Positions 1 to 9,763 of a stretch of DNA of 64,000 nt are shown here, piece by piece. A program made the position numbers and the translations under genes. Source of the stretch: an uncultured Chloroflexia bacterium (GTDB taxonomy: Bacteria > Chloroflexota > Limnocylindria > Limnocylindrales > CSP1-4); contig CAVSXG010000002.1 in NCBI GenBank assembly GCA_963731865.1, positions 612,057-676,056 of the forward strand, given 5' to 3'. The notes under the pieces are model-generated. The model saw nothing but the letters and a program-made list of their open reading frames with translations. It had not been told where the DNA came from and did not search any database. Position 1 is the first letter of the stretch. Every line of letters starts with the position of its first letter.

Positions 1-264
1 GTCCGGGCGTTCGTGAAGTCGACCTGGCGCACCGCGATCGCGCAATGCGAGAGGTGCAGGTGAGCGTCGGTCAGGGCCGGGATAACGACTTCGTCGGGTT
101 CCAAGGCGATCCGTTCGGTGTGCGGGTCGGCCCGCGTCTCGAGGTCGACCTCCGTGCCGGCGAACGCCACTCGCCCATCGCGGATCCCGAGCGCTTCAAC
201 CCAGCCGAAGCCCGCGTCGCCGGACAGGGTGGCGATCCGGCCCGTGATCAGGGCGTCGAGCGGC
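1..264 (-). CDS. Amidohydrolase family protein, N-terminal ~88 aa only; the gene runs off the left edge
   Basis: Reverse-strand translation from ATG at 264 gives MPLDALITGRIATLSG...VVIPALTDAHLHLSHCA, the metal-binding HxH start of the amidohydrolase fold. It begins 7 nt after the asparaginase stop. Confidence 0.5.
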
Positions 265-270
265 ATCGGT

Positions 271-1251
271 TCAGTCTGCGGGATCGGCCAGCAGTGCCGT
301 CAAGCCGGCGCGATCCAGCCCGGCGCCAAGCCCCAGGGCCAGCGCGACGCGTGCCTTGAGCGCACACAGGTGACCGACCGGCAACGCCCCCGCGCGGATC
401 CAGTTCGCCCCGCCGCCGGGAAACGCGTACCCGGCCGTCGCCCGGCCGCCCGGGCAGCGGGAGGCGAGCGCGACCTCGATCCCGGCCGCCATCGCCCGCT
501 CGGCCGCAGCGAGCAGCGAGGGATCGGTGTTCCCCGAGCCGGCCGCGGCCACGACAATCCCGTCCGCGCCGGCGGCCACGGCCGCGTCGAGGAGGACCGC
601 GTCCGCGGCCACGGTCGCGGTGATCAGGTAGACCAGGCCGGCGCGGTCGGTCGCGACGTGTCGTCGGGCGCCACGCGCCCGTGTCAACGTCACACCTGCC
701 GGGCCAACGCTCCCCAGCGAACCGTGGTTGGGGCTACGAAACGTGTCGAGCGCCGTTGCGTGCGACTTCTGGACGTCATCGGCCGCCTCGATCGTGCCAG
801 CGAGCGAAACGACCACGCCGGAGCCACGCAGGTCCGGTGAGGCGGCAGCCCGGACCGCGCCGCGAAGGTTGTCCGGACCGTCGAACCCCGGCATGTCCGA
901 GGACAACATCGCTCCGGTCACGACCACGGGCTTCGGCCCGTCGAGCAGCAGGTCCCAGCAGAAACTCGTCTCCTCGATCGTATCCGTGCCCTGCACCAGC
1001 ACGGCGCCGGCGATCCCTGGATCGGCCAAGGCATCGCGGAGGATCGCTCCCAGCTCGATCAGCTGCGGAAACGTGAGATGGCTCGCTGCGAGCCTTCCGC
1101 GATCGATCGCGACGACCTCGGCGATCGTGTCGAGGCCCGGGGTCCGGGCGAGAATCGCCGCGCCATCGAGCACGGGCACGTTTCCGCCGGCGATCGGGTC
1201 GAACACCGTGCTGATCGTGCCGCCGGTAAAGACGACGGCGACTCGGGGCAT
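271..1251 (-). CDS. L-asparaginase
   Basis: 326 aa with the VFTGGTISTV catalytic threonine motif and asparaginase-wide similarity. Confidence 0.85.
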   Translation of the reverse strand: MPRVAVVFTGGTISTVFDPIAGGNVPVLDGAAILARTPGLDTIAEVVAIDRGRLAASHLTFPQLIELGAILRDALADPGIAGAVLVQGTDTIEETSFCWDLLLDGPKPVVVTGAMLSSDMPGFDGPDNLRGAVRAAASPDLRGSGVVVSLAGTIEAADDVQKSHATALDTFRSPNHGSLGSVGPAGVTLTRARGARRHVATDRAGLVYLITATVAADAVLLDAAVAAGADGIVVAAAGSGNTDPSLLAAAERAMAAGIEVALASRCPGGRATAGYAFPGGGANWIRAGALPVGHLCALKARVALALGLGAGLDRAGLTALLADPAD

Positions 1252-1257
1252 GCGGAC

Positions 1258-2841
1258 TCAGTCCCGGTCGGTCGGGTCGGACGGGCCGGCGCGTTCGAGA
1301 CCGGTACGGTCGACGCTGGCGCTCTCCGGCGTCGGTGCCTCGAGGCCCGTCGGCGTCCCGGGCGTCGCGATCAGCTCCCGTCTTGTCGCCAGTCCAACGT
1401 CGGCGCCGTCCCGCCACGTCGGGCGATCCGCCCCGAGCGCTGCCGCGATGGGGTCGATGGCATGTGGATCGGCCGCCGGCCGCGATTCCGAGGCCAGGAG
1501 CGGTCCGCGCGTCAACACGGAAACGACGCCGGAGGCGAGGACACCGAGCGCGACAACGAGGATCACGCTCGTCGTCCCGACAAGGTCGGAGATCGGTCCG
1601 ACGATGATGATCGGGAGGAAGCTCGCGACCGAGACGAGCATGTTCAACACGCCAAACACCCGACCCCGGACATCGGCCGGCAGGTCCTCCTGGAGCTGGG
1701 TCTGGGACGGGATGGCCACGAGGCCGTACGCGATGCCGGCGAAGAACGCGATCACGACCACGATCGCGAGCAATGAGGTCACGGCTGTCAGGTCAAACCC
1801 GCCCGGTCCATCTGCTCGCTGGAGCAGGCGGCTGATCGGCCCGGCGACGGACAGGGCCGCAAGCAGGGCACCCAGCGCGATCAACGCACCCTCGATCACG
1901 CGGCGGCGCGGAAGGTAGCGGCCGTAGGCGTTGAGCAGCAGGATCCCGGTCACGATCCCGAACCCAAGCGGCAGGACGACGACCGCAAAGTCCTTGGCGT
2001 CGAGCCCGAGCGCCGACTGGGCGAAGTCGGGACCCAGGACGCCCAGGACGCCCACCAGCGACGCCGCGATGCCGAGATAGAGCAGCGACCAGCCGATGGC
2101 CCGGTTGGAGCCGATGAATGCGAGCCCCTCGCGCAGCTGGGCGAAGGTCGATTCGACCGCCTTCTCCGCTTCGCCGACACCCAACCGGCCTTCGTGCGGG
2201 TGATCGCTCGGTGGGGGCGAGGGCGGCAGCGTGAAGCAGAACAGCGCGGCCAGGAAGTACAGACCGGCCACCACGAGGATCACGGCCTCCGGACTGGCGA
2301 TGTTGACCACGAGTGGCCCGAGCAGCGCGAACCCCAACGCGAACGCCGCGTTCAACGTCAGCGTGAAGATCCCGTTCGCGGCGAGGAGCTGACTTCGGGG
2401 CAGCAGCACGGGGATCATCGCCGCCTCCGCCGGTGCGAAGAAGACCGTGACCGTGGAGATCAGGACGTTGAGCAGGATGATCAGCGCGAAGTGGTCGCCG
2501 ACAAGGAACAGGGCGATGAACATCGCGCCGCGCAGGATGTTGGTCGCGATGAGGATGAGCCGTCGGTCGTACCGATCGACGTAGACGCCGGCAACCGCCG
2601 AGAACAGGACCGCGGGAACCAGGAAGCTCAGGATCAGCAGGCTGACGGCAGTGTTCGATCGGGTCGAGCTGACCACGATGACGGTCAGCCCATAGAGCAC
2701 CATGTTGCCGCCGATCTGGGTGGCGGCCTGCGACAGCCAGAGCCGCAGGAAGGAGGCGTTTCGAAAGACGGCGATCGGGTCGCCAGCGGGCTCCGGCGTG
2801 GGTTCGGGCGCCGTGGCGGGCGCGGTGCCGGCCGCGGTCAC
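1258..2841 (-). CDS. MFS transporter
   Basis: About 12 predicted TM helices with an MFS-like pattern. The ORF extends to 3021, but the R/P-rich N-terminal extension is unlikely to be real; GTG at 2841 sits behind a GGGAGA Shine-Dalgarno. Confidence 0.7.
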   Translation of the reverse strand: MTAAGTAPATAPEPTPEPAGDPIAVFRNASFLRLWLSQAATQIGGNMVLYGLTVIVVSSTRSNTAVSLLILSFLVPAVLFSAVAGVYVDRYDRRLILIATNILRGAMFIALFLVGDHFALIILLNVLISTVTVFFAPAEAAMIPVLLPRSQLLAANGIFTLTLNAAFALGFALLGPLVVNIASPEAVILVVAGLYFLAALFCFTLPPSPPPSDHPHEGRLGVGEAEKAVESTFAQLREGLAFIGSNRAIGWSLLYLGIAASLVGVLGVLGPDFAQSALGLDAKDFAVVVLPLGFGIVTGILLLNAYGRYLPRRRVIEGALIALGALLAALSVAGPISRLLQRADGPGGFDLTAVTSLLAIVVVIAFFAGIAYGLVAIPSQTQLQEDLPADVRGRVFGVLNMLVSVASFLPIIIVGPISDLVGTTSVILVVALGVLASGVVSVLTRGPLLASESRPAADPHAIDPIAAALGADRPTWRDGADVGLATRRELIATPGTPTGLEAPTPESASVDRTGLERAGPSDPTDRD

Positions 2842-3102
2842 CCTATCTCCCCCGGTTCGCCTTCGACGGCTGCGGTTACAGCAGGATCGCCCCGCGACAC
2901 GAACGCCACCAGCCGCTGCTCGACGCGTCGGCGCTCGACCAGGACGTGGCGACGGCATGTCTGGCAACGGAGACCGATGTCCGCACCCAGGCGATCGACG
3001 AGCCAGGTGTCGCCGCCACATGGATGCTGGCGCTTCAGGCGGACGACGTCACCCAGGAGCAGCGCGAGAACCGGCGTGTCTGGCATCCGGCGGGTCACGG
3101 TA

Positions 3103-3777
3103 TCAAAGGCGCGGCCGGCCGTGTGCTGGCACCAGCGTGCGGGTGGTCGCCGGCAGTTCGATCCGGTCGACCGGTGTGACGGTCACCGTGACGTCCGGTT
3201 CGGTGGCGGCGAGCTGCGCGATAACGCCGCCTGAGCGAGTCAGCGAGCCGGTCAACTTGTCCGGCGCGCCAATGGCGGAGAGCTCGAACACCGGCCCAAG
3301 CCGGGCGCCACCGATTGCCGCGGACCCGGCGACCCCGGAGACCACGACGCCGTTGACGATCCTGACCGTGCCCGCGCCGATGGCCTCGGCTCCGGCGTTG
3401 CGCAGCTCGTTGATCAGCTCCTCCACGCCGGATCCGTCGATCGGACCACTGATCGAGATCGTCACACCAGGCCCACCGACCGGATCCAGACCGGCATAGG
3501 CGCGGACACGGCGAAGGTCGGCACGAAGCTCGTCGACGGACGCTTCGCCCCGCGCCTGGTTCTGGTTGAGCGCGCCAAGCTCGTCCTCGAGGGACGAGAT
3601 CTCACGCCGCAACTGGTCGTTCCGGGCGTTGAGGTTGGCGACCAGGATCGTCAGGTCCTGCGAGGAGAGCTGGGCAAGACCCGCGCTCCCGGCCTGGGCC
3701 CGCACCTGGACCACAACCAGCAGGCCCAGGACGAGCGCGACCGCCGCGACGGCGAGCTGGCTACGCGTCCGGTGCAC
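3103..3777 (-). CDS. DUF881 domain-containing membrane protein
   Basis: N-terminal TM helix, coiled-coil, and a conserved DUF881 C-terminal domain (GPGVTISISGPIDGSGVEELINELRNAGAEAI). GTG start lies 2 nt after the upstream stop. Confidence 0.7.
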   Translation of the reverse strand: MHRTRSQLAVAAVALVLGLLVVVQVRAQAGSAGLAQLSSQDLTILVANLNARNDQLRREISSLEDELGALNQNQARGEASVDELRADLRRVRAYAGLDPVGGPGVTISISGPIDGSGVEELINELRNAGAEAIGAGTVRIVNGVVVSGVAGSAAIGGARLGPVFELSAIGAPDKLTGSLTRSGGVIAQLAATEPDVTVTVTPVDRIELPATTRTLVPAHGRPRL

Positions 3778-3779
3778 GG

Positions 3780-4563
3780 CTACCCTTCCGGCCCGCCGGG
3801 ATCGTCGGCCGAAAGCGCGGCCGGCGATGCCAGGGGACGCGAGTAGCGCAGGGTGACTGTCCCGGCAAAGGCGGGCATGTCGACCGTTTCGGGCTCCGCG
3901 AACGAGAGACGAATGCCATAGGCCTCCGCCCTGCTGCGCACGAAATCGATGAACCCAGCCGAGCGGCTCACCCTGTCGTACAGGTCGGTAGAGCCGATCG
4001 CCGTCACCTGGTATGGCGGCGCTAGATAGGCCGAGTTGACGAGCAACGACGAGCCGATATCGATGATCGCGGTCGTCGGCGTGACCCGTTCGTTGTTGAT
4101 GGCGATTGCCTCGGCTCCGGCGATCCATAGCTCTTCGACCACCGAGCGAATGTCCCGCGACCCGACGAGGTAGTCGGCATCGCTGGAACCAGGCGGGACC
4201 GGGACCTGCGGAGTCGTCAAGCAGCAGGACCATGCCCGTGCCCGACAACGGGATGAGGCCGGCGGCGATGCGCGCCGCTTCGAGGTCGGCGTTCAACTGG
4301 CGGACCTGATCGGCCGAGCCGATCCCCTGGCCCTCGATCCCCTGGATGGACTCCCGAAGCTCGAGGATGCGGACCTTGAGCTCGTCCTGCTGGGACTGGA
4401 GCTGTGTGGCGGTCTCGAGCAGCGGTGTACGTTCCTGGGTGGTGTAGCGGACCCGAGGACCCTCCGACCCGAGCTGGGCGGCAATCAGGAACCCAAGGGC
4501 CAGGAGCGCAGCGCCGAGCGTGACCTGCCAGCTCGGGATGCGGCGCACCCAGGCCAGGATCAT
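3780..4563 (-). pseudogene. DUF881 domain-containing membrane protein, split by an apparent 1-nt frameshift
   Basis: N-terminal half (MILAWVRRIPSWQVTLGAALL...LLLDDSAGPGP) is in the 4563 frame. C-terminal half (SSDADYLVGSRDIRSVVEELWIAGAEAIAINNERV...) is in the 3780..4220 frame. Junction at ~4186-4200 (ggtcccggtcccgcc). Confidence 0.6.
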
Positions 4564-5945
4564 CCGACCCCCTCCGGTTCGGAACGACGGCGGCGGATCG
4601 CCACCAGCACGATCGCTCCGAACACGACGATGACGATCACGGCAACGAACACCAGGCCGGACGAGCCGGACGTAGCCGAGCCGTTGTTCGGGGAGGCACC
4701 GGGGCTCGACCCGGGCTGGCCAGTCGCCGCGGGCGGAGCGCTTCCGCCGGCCTCGCCCGACCAGGCTGACGGCACGGGCCCGGCCGGCGCGGGTTGGGGG
4801 CCATGTTTTGTCGGCGGTGCCGCACCGAGATCGGCCAGCCAGGCATCGCCAAAGGCCTTCATGTCCTGGCCCAACGCCGCCGTGAAGGCCTCGTCGTCCG
4901 TCCGGCCGTCGGCGTATGACCGGATCAGCGACACGAGCGCGTCCTGGTCGTATGCGCGGACCAGATATTCAACAGCCGACACGCTTTCGCTATAGGCGAG
5001 CGAGAACCGCTCGAAGCTCGTCGGGAACTGACCGGTCAGGCCATCGAGTGGGATGAGCGTGCCGCTGGATGCCGCGCTCTCCACGGCGCCACGATCCAAC
5101 GCGTCATAACCCTGGCTGACGTAGACCGCCAGCCCCTCGTTGAGCCAGTGCGGCGGGAAGTGGTAGGGATTGCTCGACGCGGTGTCGAAGACGAGATGTG
5201 TGAGCTCGTGCGGGATGACGATCCTGACCCAGGAGTCGTTGATCTGACCGGGGGTGATGCGTGCGAACATCGTTCGGATGTCGGCGTTCGCCTGCCCACC
5301 GACGTTCTCCCGAGTGCCCGGTCCGAGTGCATCGTAAAACGCTTCCTCGTCGGCGTAGACGAAGAAGTCCACCGGTTCCGACTCCGTGACCTGGAGGAGT
5401 TCCGAGACCTCGCGAACAGCGTCCTCGCCGATTTTCAGCGCTTCGGCACCAAAGGTTTCGCCACCCTCGTACCAGTGGACCCGGACGAGATCACCAGCCT
5501 CCGTTCGCCAGTCGAACCGATCGTCCTCGAAGGTCAGCCGGACCTCGGGCCCGACCTCGACGTCGCTCGGATCGTCGGCACCAACGAGACGCCAGCGGGC
5601 GGTCAACGGCGTGTTCGGCATGATGTGCCCGTCGGCGACCGGGTCCAGCGCATGACTGAGCGTCACCGCTCCGGTGCCTGGCGGCGGTGGGACCAGGATC
5701 ACCGATTGGCCGACGGATCCTTCGGTCCCGAGGAGCAATTCAACTCGCCGGAGCTGCCGATCGATCGTGACGGGCTGGCTGAACGTGACGCCGGTCTCGA
5801 AGGTGGATGCAGCGGTTGGGGGCCCGAAGTCCGCCCAACCGGTTGCGGCGGCGGCAGGGGTTGCCATACCAGCTGAAAGGAGTACGAAGGCGGCGATGAC
5901 GGGGGCGGCCAGGCCGTGCTGGGCCGTGCGCCGTTGGCCAGTCAC
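4560..5945 (-). CDS. HExxH zinc metallopeptidase (peptidase MA-like), secreted with C-terminal TM anchor
   Basis: Signal peptide, HELTHLVFD zincin motif, S/P/G-rich linker and a C-terminal hydrophobic anchor followed by RRRR. GTG start at 5945 overlaps the SBP stop (GTGA); the gene's stop overlaps the DUF881 start (ATGA). Confidence 0.65.
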   Translation of the reverse strand: MTGQRRTAQHGLAAPVIAAFVLLSAGMATPAAAATGWADFGPPTAASTFETGVTFSQPVTIDRQLRRVELLLGTEGSVGQSVILVPPPPGTGAVTLSHALDPVADGHIMPNTPLTARWRLVGADDPSDVEVGPEVRLTFEDDRFDWRTEAGDLVRVHWYEGGETFGAEALKIGEDAVREVSELLQVTESEPVDFFVYADEEAFYDALGPGTRENVGGQANADIRTMFARITPGQINDSWVRIVIPHELTHLVFDTASSNPYHFPPHWLNEGLAVYVSQGYDALDRGAVESAASSGTLIPLDGLTGQFPTSFERFSLAYSESVSAVEYLVRAYDQDALVSLIRSYADGRTDDEAFTAALGQDMKAFGDAWLADLGAAPPTKHGPQPAPAGPVPSAWSGEAGGSAPPAATGQPGSSPGASPNNGSATSGSSGLVFVAVIVIVVFGAIVLVAIRRRRSEPEGVG

Positions 5946-7501
5946 TCGGCCCACGCGAGGCCGGCCATCCGGACGATCCCGAGCCCGTTCTGCCTCGCCC
6001 CGAGCAGCTCGGTTCGCGACAGGGCCCACCCTGGGGCGTAGTGGAGCGGGACTACCGGGACCTCGTCTCGAACGATCAGTTCCGCCCGGTCATAGGCGGC
6101 CGCCGCGTCCTCGGGATCGATCGCTGCCCCCGCTTCGATGATGGCCGCGTCGAAGTCCGCCGAGCTCCACCCGCCGTAGTTGTTGGAGGCTCCGGTTTGC
6201 AGGAGGACCCCGAGGAAATCATTCCGACCGGGATAGTCCGCCACCCAGGTGAGTGTCCACATCTGGGGTGGTTCGGTATCAAGTCGATCGAAGTAGCCAT
6301 CACCCATTGTCTCCCAGGTGAGAGTGACCCCAAGCTCCCGTTCGAGTTCCGCAAGGATCGCCTCGTCGAACCCGCCGCCAAAGGTCATCAGGGTCGTCGC
6401 CGGGAAGTCCGCCCCACCCGGGTAGCCCGCGTCGGCCAGAAGGGCTCGGGCCGCATCAGGATCGTATTCTGGCAGGAAGTCCTGATCGCTCCGGCCCGGA
6501 ATGCCCGGAGGCACCATCGAGTTGGCCAGCTCCGCCGCGCCACTGGCGGCGCCGAGCTCGGCGATCCGCCGCCAGTCGACCGCCAGGCCGAAGGCCTGGC
6601 GCACCCGGACATCGTCGAACGGCGGACGGGTGGTGTCGAAGCCGTAATAGGTGACCGACATCGAGGCCACCTCGCGGAGCTGCGGCCCGAGCGTTTCGTC
6701 ATAGGCAATCCATGTCGCATCGAACCCGCTGATTGGGGCATAGTCGAGCTCATCGGCCTCGAAGGCCGCGACCTCGCTGCGACCGGCCAGGTCACCGACG
6801 AGCTCGATTGAGCTGATTGCCGGAACACCAGCCCAGTAGTGTTCGTTCGCCGTCAGGAGCAGCCCCGAATCCGACGCGCCGGTGAGGACGTATCCGCCGC
6901 TGGCGACGAACCCACTTCCCGGTTCCAGGGCCGCGGCATCCTGTCCGACGCCGGGCGGGACCACGGAAAAGGTCGGCCCGGCCACGATGTTCGGGAAGTC
7001 CGACGCCGGACGCACGAGGTCGACGGTCAGGTCGTTGGCGCCGTCATCTGCGCGCATACCGACGGCATCGGGATCGGGGTTCTGGCCGCGCAGGTAGGCT
7101 TCCGCGCCCGCAATGTCCAGCGCAAGGGAGGCCAGTGGCGAGGGCTGGTCCGGGTCGATGATGCGGAGCCAGCTGCGCACCACGTCGGACGGTCGCAACG
7201 GGCTGCCGTCCGAGAACGCGAGATCCGGTCGCAGGTGGAACGTGATCGTCCGACCGCCCTCGTCGAACGCCCACGATTCGGCCAGCGCCGGACGTAGCTC
7301 GAGGTTGGCATCGAATGCCGTCAGGGACTCGAAGAGCTGGGCACTGATGGCGGCACTCCCGGCGTCACCCATGGCCGCCGGATCGAGCGACTCCGGTGTT
7401 CCTGTGAGGATCCGCGCCGGTCGATCGTCCTGGGCGATGGTCGGGGACGCGCACGACACGAGGGTCGCGAACAGGGCGAAGGTAGCGACCAGCCGCAGCA
7501 T
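5942..7501 (-). CDS. ABC transporter substrate-binding protein, family 5 (peptide/nickel type), lipoprotein
   Basis: SBP_bac_5-like sequence throughout. Lipobox MLRLVATFALFATLVSC begins at ATG 7501; the ORF upstream to 7927 is an R-rich non-genic extension. Confidence 0.8.
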   Translation of the reverse strand: MLRLVATFALFATLVSCASPTIAQDDRPARILTGTPESLDPAAMGDAGSAAISAQLFESLTAFDANLELRPALAESWAFDEGGRTITFHLRPDLAFSDGSPLRPSDVVRSWLRIIDPDQPSPLASLALDIAGAEAYLRGQNPDPDAVGMRADDGANDLTVDLVRPASDFPNIVAGPTFSVVPPGVGQDAAALEPGSGFVASGGYVLTGASDSGLLLTANEHYWAGVPAISSIELVGDLAGRSEVAAFEADELDYAPISGFDATWIAYDETLGPQLREVASMSVTYYGFDTTRPPFDDVRVRQAFGLAVDWRRIAELGAASGAAELANSMVPPGIPGRSDQDFLPEYDPDAARALLADAGYPGGADFPATTLMTFGGGFDEAILAELERELGVTLTWETMGDGYFDRLDTEPPQMWTLTWVADYPGRNDFLGVLLQTGASNNYGGWSSADFDAAIIEAGAAIDPEDAAAAYDRAELIVRDEVPVVPLHYAPGWALSRTELLGARQNGLGIVRMAGLAWAE

Positions 7502-7572
7502 CCCGCGGAGTATAAGAGCGCCAGCCCGAACGGCCCCTCGGCGGCAACGCGAGTCACGTAACACGCGCGCGA

Positions 7573-7693
7573 GAACGTCCGAGGCGAAGGCGGAGGTGTG
7601 CCACGGAATCGCGCCGCGCGTGCTCGGTCGAGGCGAAGGCGTCGCGAAGTAGCGAAGTGACCGCGCGCGGCGAGGACGTCCGAGGCGAAGGCG
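7573..7693. repeat. Intergenic direct repeats in the divergent SBP/cysS promoter region
   Basis: ACGTCCGAGGCGAAGGCG occurs identically at 7575-7592 and 7676-7693. A partial copy TCGAGGCGAAGGCG lies at 7628-7641. Confidence 0.4.
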
Positions 7694-7953
7694 CCGGCGA
7701 AGGGAGGGAGCGAGCGCACTCCAAGTGCGTGAGCGACCGAGCGCCGTCGGCAACGAACGCATCGGGCGCCCTCGACGGGCGCTAAATGAGGCCTCGCAGG
7801 TCCACACCGCCGGGGGAACGATGGACGGGCCGCGAGGCCTCTGAAGCGATAACGACGGATCGGGCATTACGTTAGGGCGCTTTGGATCGGCTCCTCCGCC
7901 GTCGATTTCGGGGGTCGCCGCTACCATGGTCGTCCCGCCATGACGAGTCGGTG

Positions 7954-9531
7954 ATGCTGCACCTGCGCGACACCATGACCCGGCAGATCCAGCCGGTCGA
8001 GCCCCTCGAACCGGGACACATCCGGATGTACACGTGTGGGCCGACCGTGTATCGATTCGCCCACGTCGGCAACCTGCGCAGCTTCCTGCTGGGCGACCTC
8101 ATCCGCCGGGTCCTGCTCTACCACGGGATCGACGTCCTCCACGTCAAGAACGTGACCGATGTGGGCCACCTGCGCGACGAAGGCTTCGATCGCGGCAAGG
8201 ATCCGATGCTGGTGCAAGCCGGGCTCGAGTCCAAGACCGTGGAGGAGATCGCGGCCGCCTACGAGGCCGCGTTTCATGCCGATGAGGCGGCGGTCAACAT
8301 CCTGCCCGCCCACGTCTTCCCACGCGCCACCGAACACATCGAAGAGATGCTCCGGCTGGCCGAGGCCCTCGAAGATGCCGGGCACGCCTATGCCACACCC
8401 GAAGGAAACGTGTACTTCGGGGTCTCGACGTTTCCGGGTTATGGCCGGCTGTCGGGCAACAGCCTGGGCGACCTCCGGGCGGGGCACCGCAGCGACGTCG
8501 AACCCGACAAACGCGATCCGGCGGACTTCGCGCTGTGGAAGCACGCGGGCGAGGGACGCGTCCTCAAATGGCCCACGCCGCGATGGGGCGACGGCTTCCC
8601 GGGTTGGCACCTCGAATGCTCGGCCATGGCGATGCGGTACCTCGGCGCGCAGTTCGATATCCACACTGGCGGGATCGACAACATCTTTCCGCACCACGAG
8701 GACGAGATCGCCCAATCCGAGCCAATAGGCGGGGCGGTGCCCGCCCGCTATTGGGTCCACGGCGAATTCCTGCTCTCGGCGGGCCACAAGATGGCGAAGT
8801 CCGCCGGGAATTTTCAGCGCGTCACGGAACTCGTCGATCGAGGGATCGATCCGCTCGCGCTCCGCTATCTGACGCTCACCTCGAAGTACGGACGCAAGCT
8901 CGACTACTCCGATCGATCGTTGGACGCGGCGGCATCGGGTCTGGCATCGCTGCGAAGCCGGCTGCGCGAGCTTGGAGCGCCGTCCGAATCGGGCTCCTGG
9001 GCAGCACCGCCCCCGCTCGACGCTGGGACAGCAGGCGATCGACCGGTCGGCGTGGCATCGGGCGCGGCTGGCCACGGCGACGGCACTGCCTTCGCGACGC
9101 AGGATCGGGCTAGGACACCGACCGCGCCGCTCTCACCTGAGGGACGCGGGTTTCACGATCGATTTGTCGACGCGATCGACGATGACCTCGACATGCCCGG
9201 GGCGCTTGCGCTAGTTCGCGAGATCCTTCGATCATCGCTGAAAGCCGAGGAGCGACGATGGCTGGTCCTCGACGCGGATCTTGTGCTCGGTCTCGACCTG
9301 CATCGCGTCTGGGATCGAGCGGCCGATGCTGCGCGAACGGGCTCATCGGTGGACAACGCTCACGCGGTCCCGGCGGAGATCGAGGCCCTCGTTACCCAGC
9401 GGTCGGAGGCCCGGTCAGCGGGAGCGTACGCCCGCGCCGATGCCATCCGCGACGAGCTCCGCGAGCTCGGCTGGGAAATCGCCGACCAGCCAGGCGGCCC
9501 GGACGTTCACCGTCGGACGGCCGACGCATAG
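7954..9531 (+). CDS. cysS: Cysteine--tRNA ligase
   Basis: MLHLRDTMTRQIQ...MYTCGPTVY aligns to the CysS N-terminus. HVGN(HIGH)-like and KMAKSAGN (KMSKS) motifs are present. A C-terminal low-complexity insertion is present. Confidence 0.9.
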   Translation: MLHLRDTMTRQIQPVEPLEPGHIRMYTCGPTVYRFAHVGNLRSFLLGDLIRRVLLYHGIDVLHVKNVTDVGHLRDEGFDRGKDPMLVQAGLESKTVEEIAAAYEAAFHADEAAVNILPAHVFPRATEHIEEMLRLAEALEDAGHAYATPEGNVYFGVSTFPGYGRLSGNSLGDLRAGHRSDVEPDKRDPADFALWKHAGEGRVLKWPTPRWGDGFPGWHLECSAMAMRYLGAQFDIHTGGIDNIFPHHEDEIAQSEPIGGAVPARYWVHGEFLLSAGHKMAKSAGNFQRVTELVDRGIDPLALRYLTLTSKYGRKLDYSDRSLDAAASGLASLRSRLRELGAPSESGSWAAPPPLDAGTAGDRPVGVASGAAGHGDGTAFATQDRARTPTAPLSPEGRGFHDRFVDAIDDDLDMPGALALVREILRSSLKAEERRWLVLDADLVLGLDLHRVWDRAADAARTGSSVDNAHAVPAEIEALVTQRSEARSAGAYARADAIRDELRELGWEIADQPGGPDVHRRTADA

Positions 9532-9763
9532 GGTCAGTAGCCGGGCGCGCCACCGCCTCCACCGTCGTCCGGCCCGCAGGCAGCGAGCACGAAGGGCAGG
9601 ATCACTGAGGCGACAGTCACGAGCCGAACGAGCATCGCCCAAAGGCGGATCGGATCGAAATGGCGTGGTTGCACGGTTGTACCTCCAGGTACGTTCGACC
9701 AGCGTGGGCCGCTGCCCGATCCGGGCGCGACGCTGCGTCCGCTCGCGCGCTTGCAGCCTCGTG

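Noticed and set aside
7800-7953. Possible T-box leader upstream of cysS (TTAGGGCG... near 7850).
   Set aside because: No convincing T-box consensus (AAUUAGGGUGGNACCGCG) and no specifier-loop or antiterminator arrangement could be built.
9534-9650. Tiny possible lipoprotein ORF (MLVRLVTVASVILPFVLAACGPDDGGGGGAPGY) at the tail of a 172-aa antisense ORF.
   Set aside because: Only ~33 aa are plausible, there is no start context, and the larger ORF is an obvious GC artefact.
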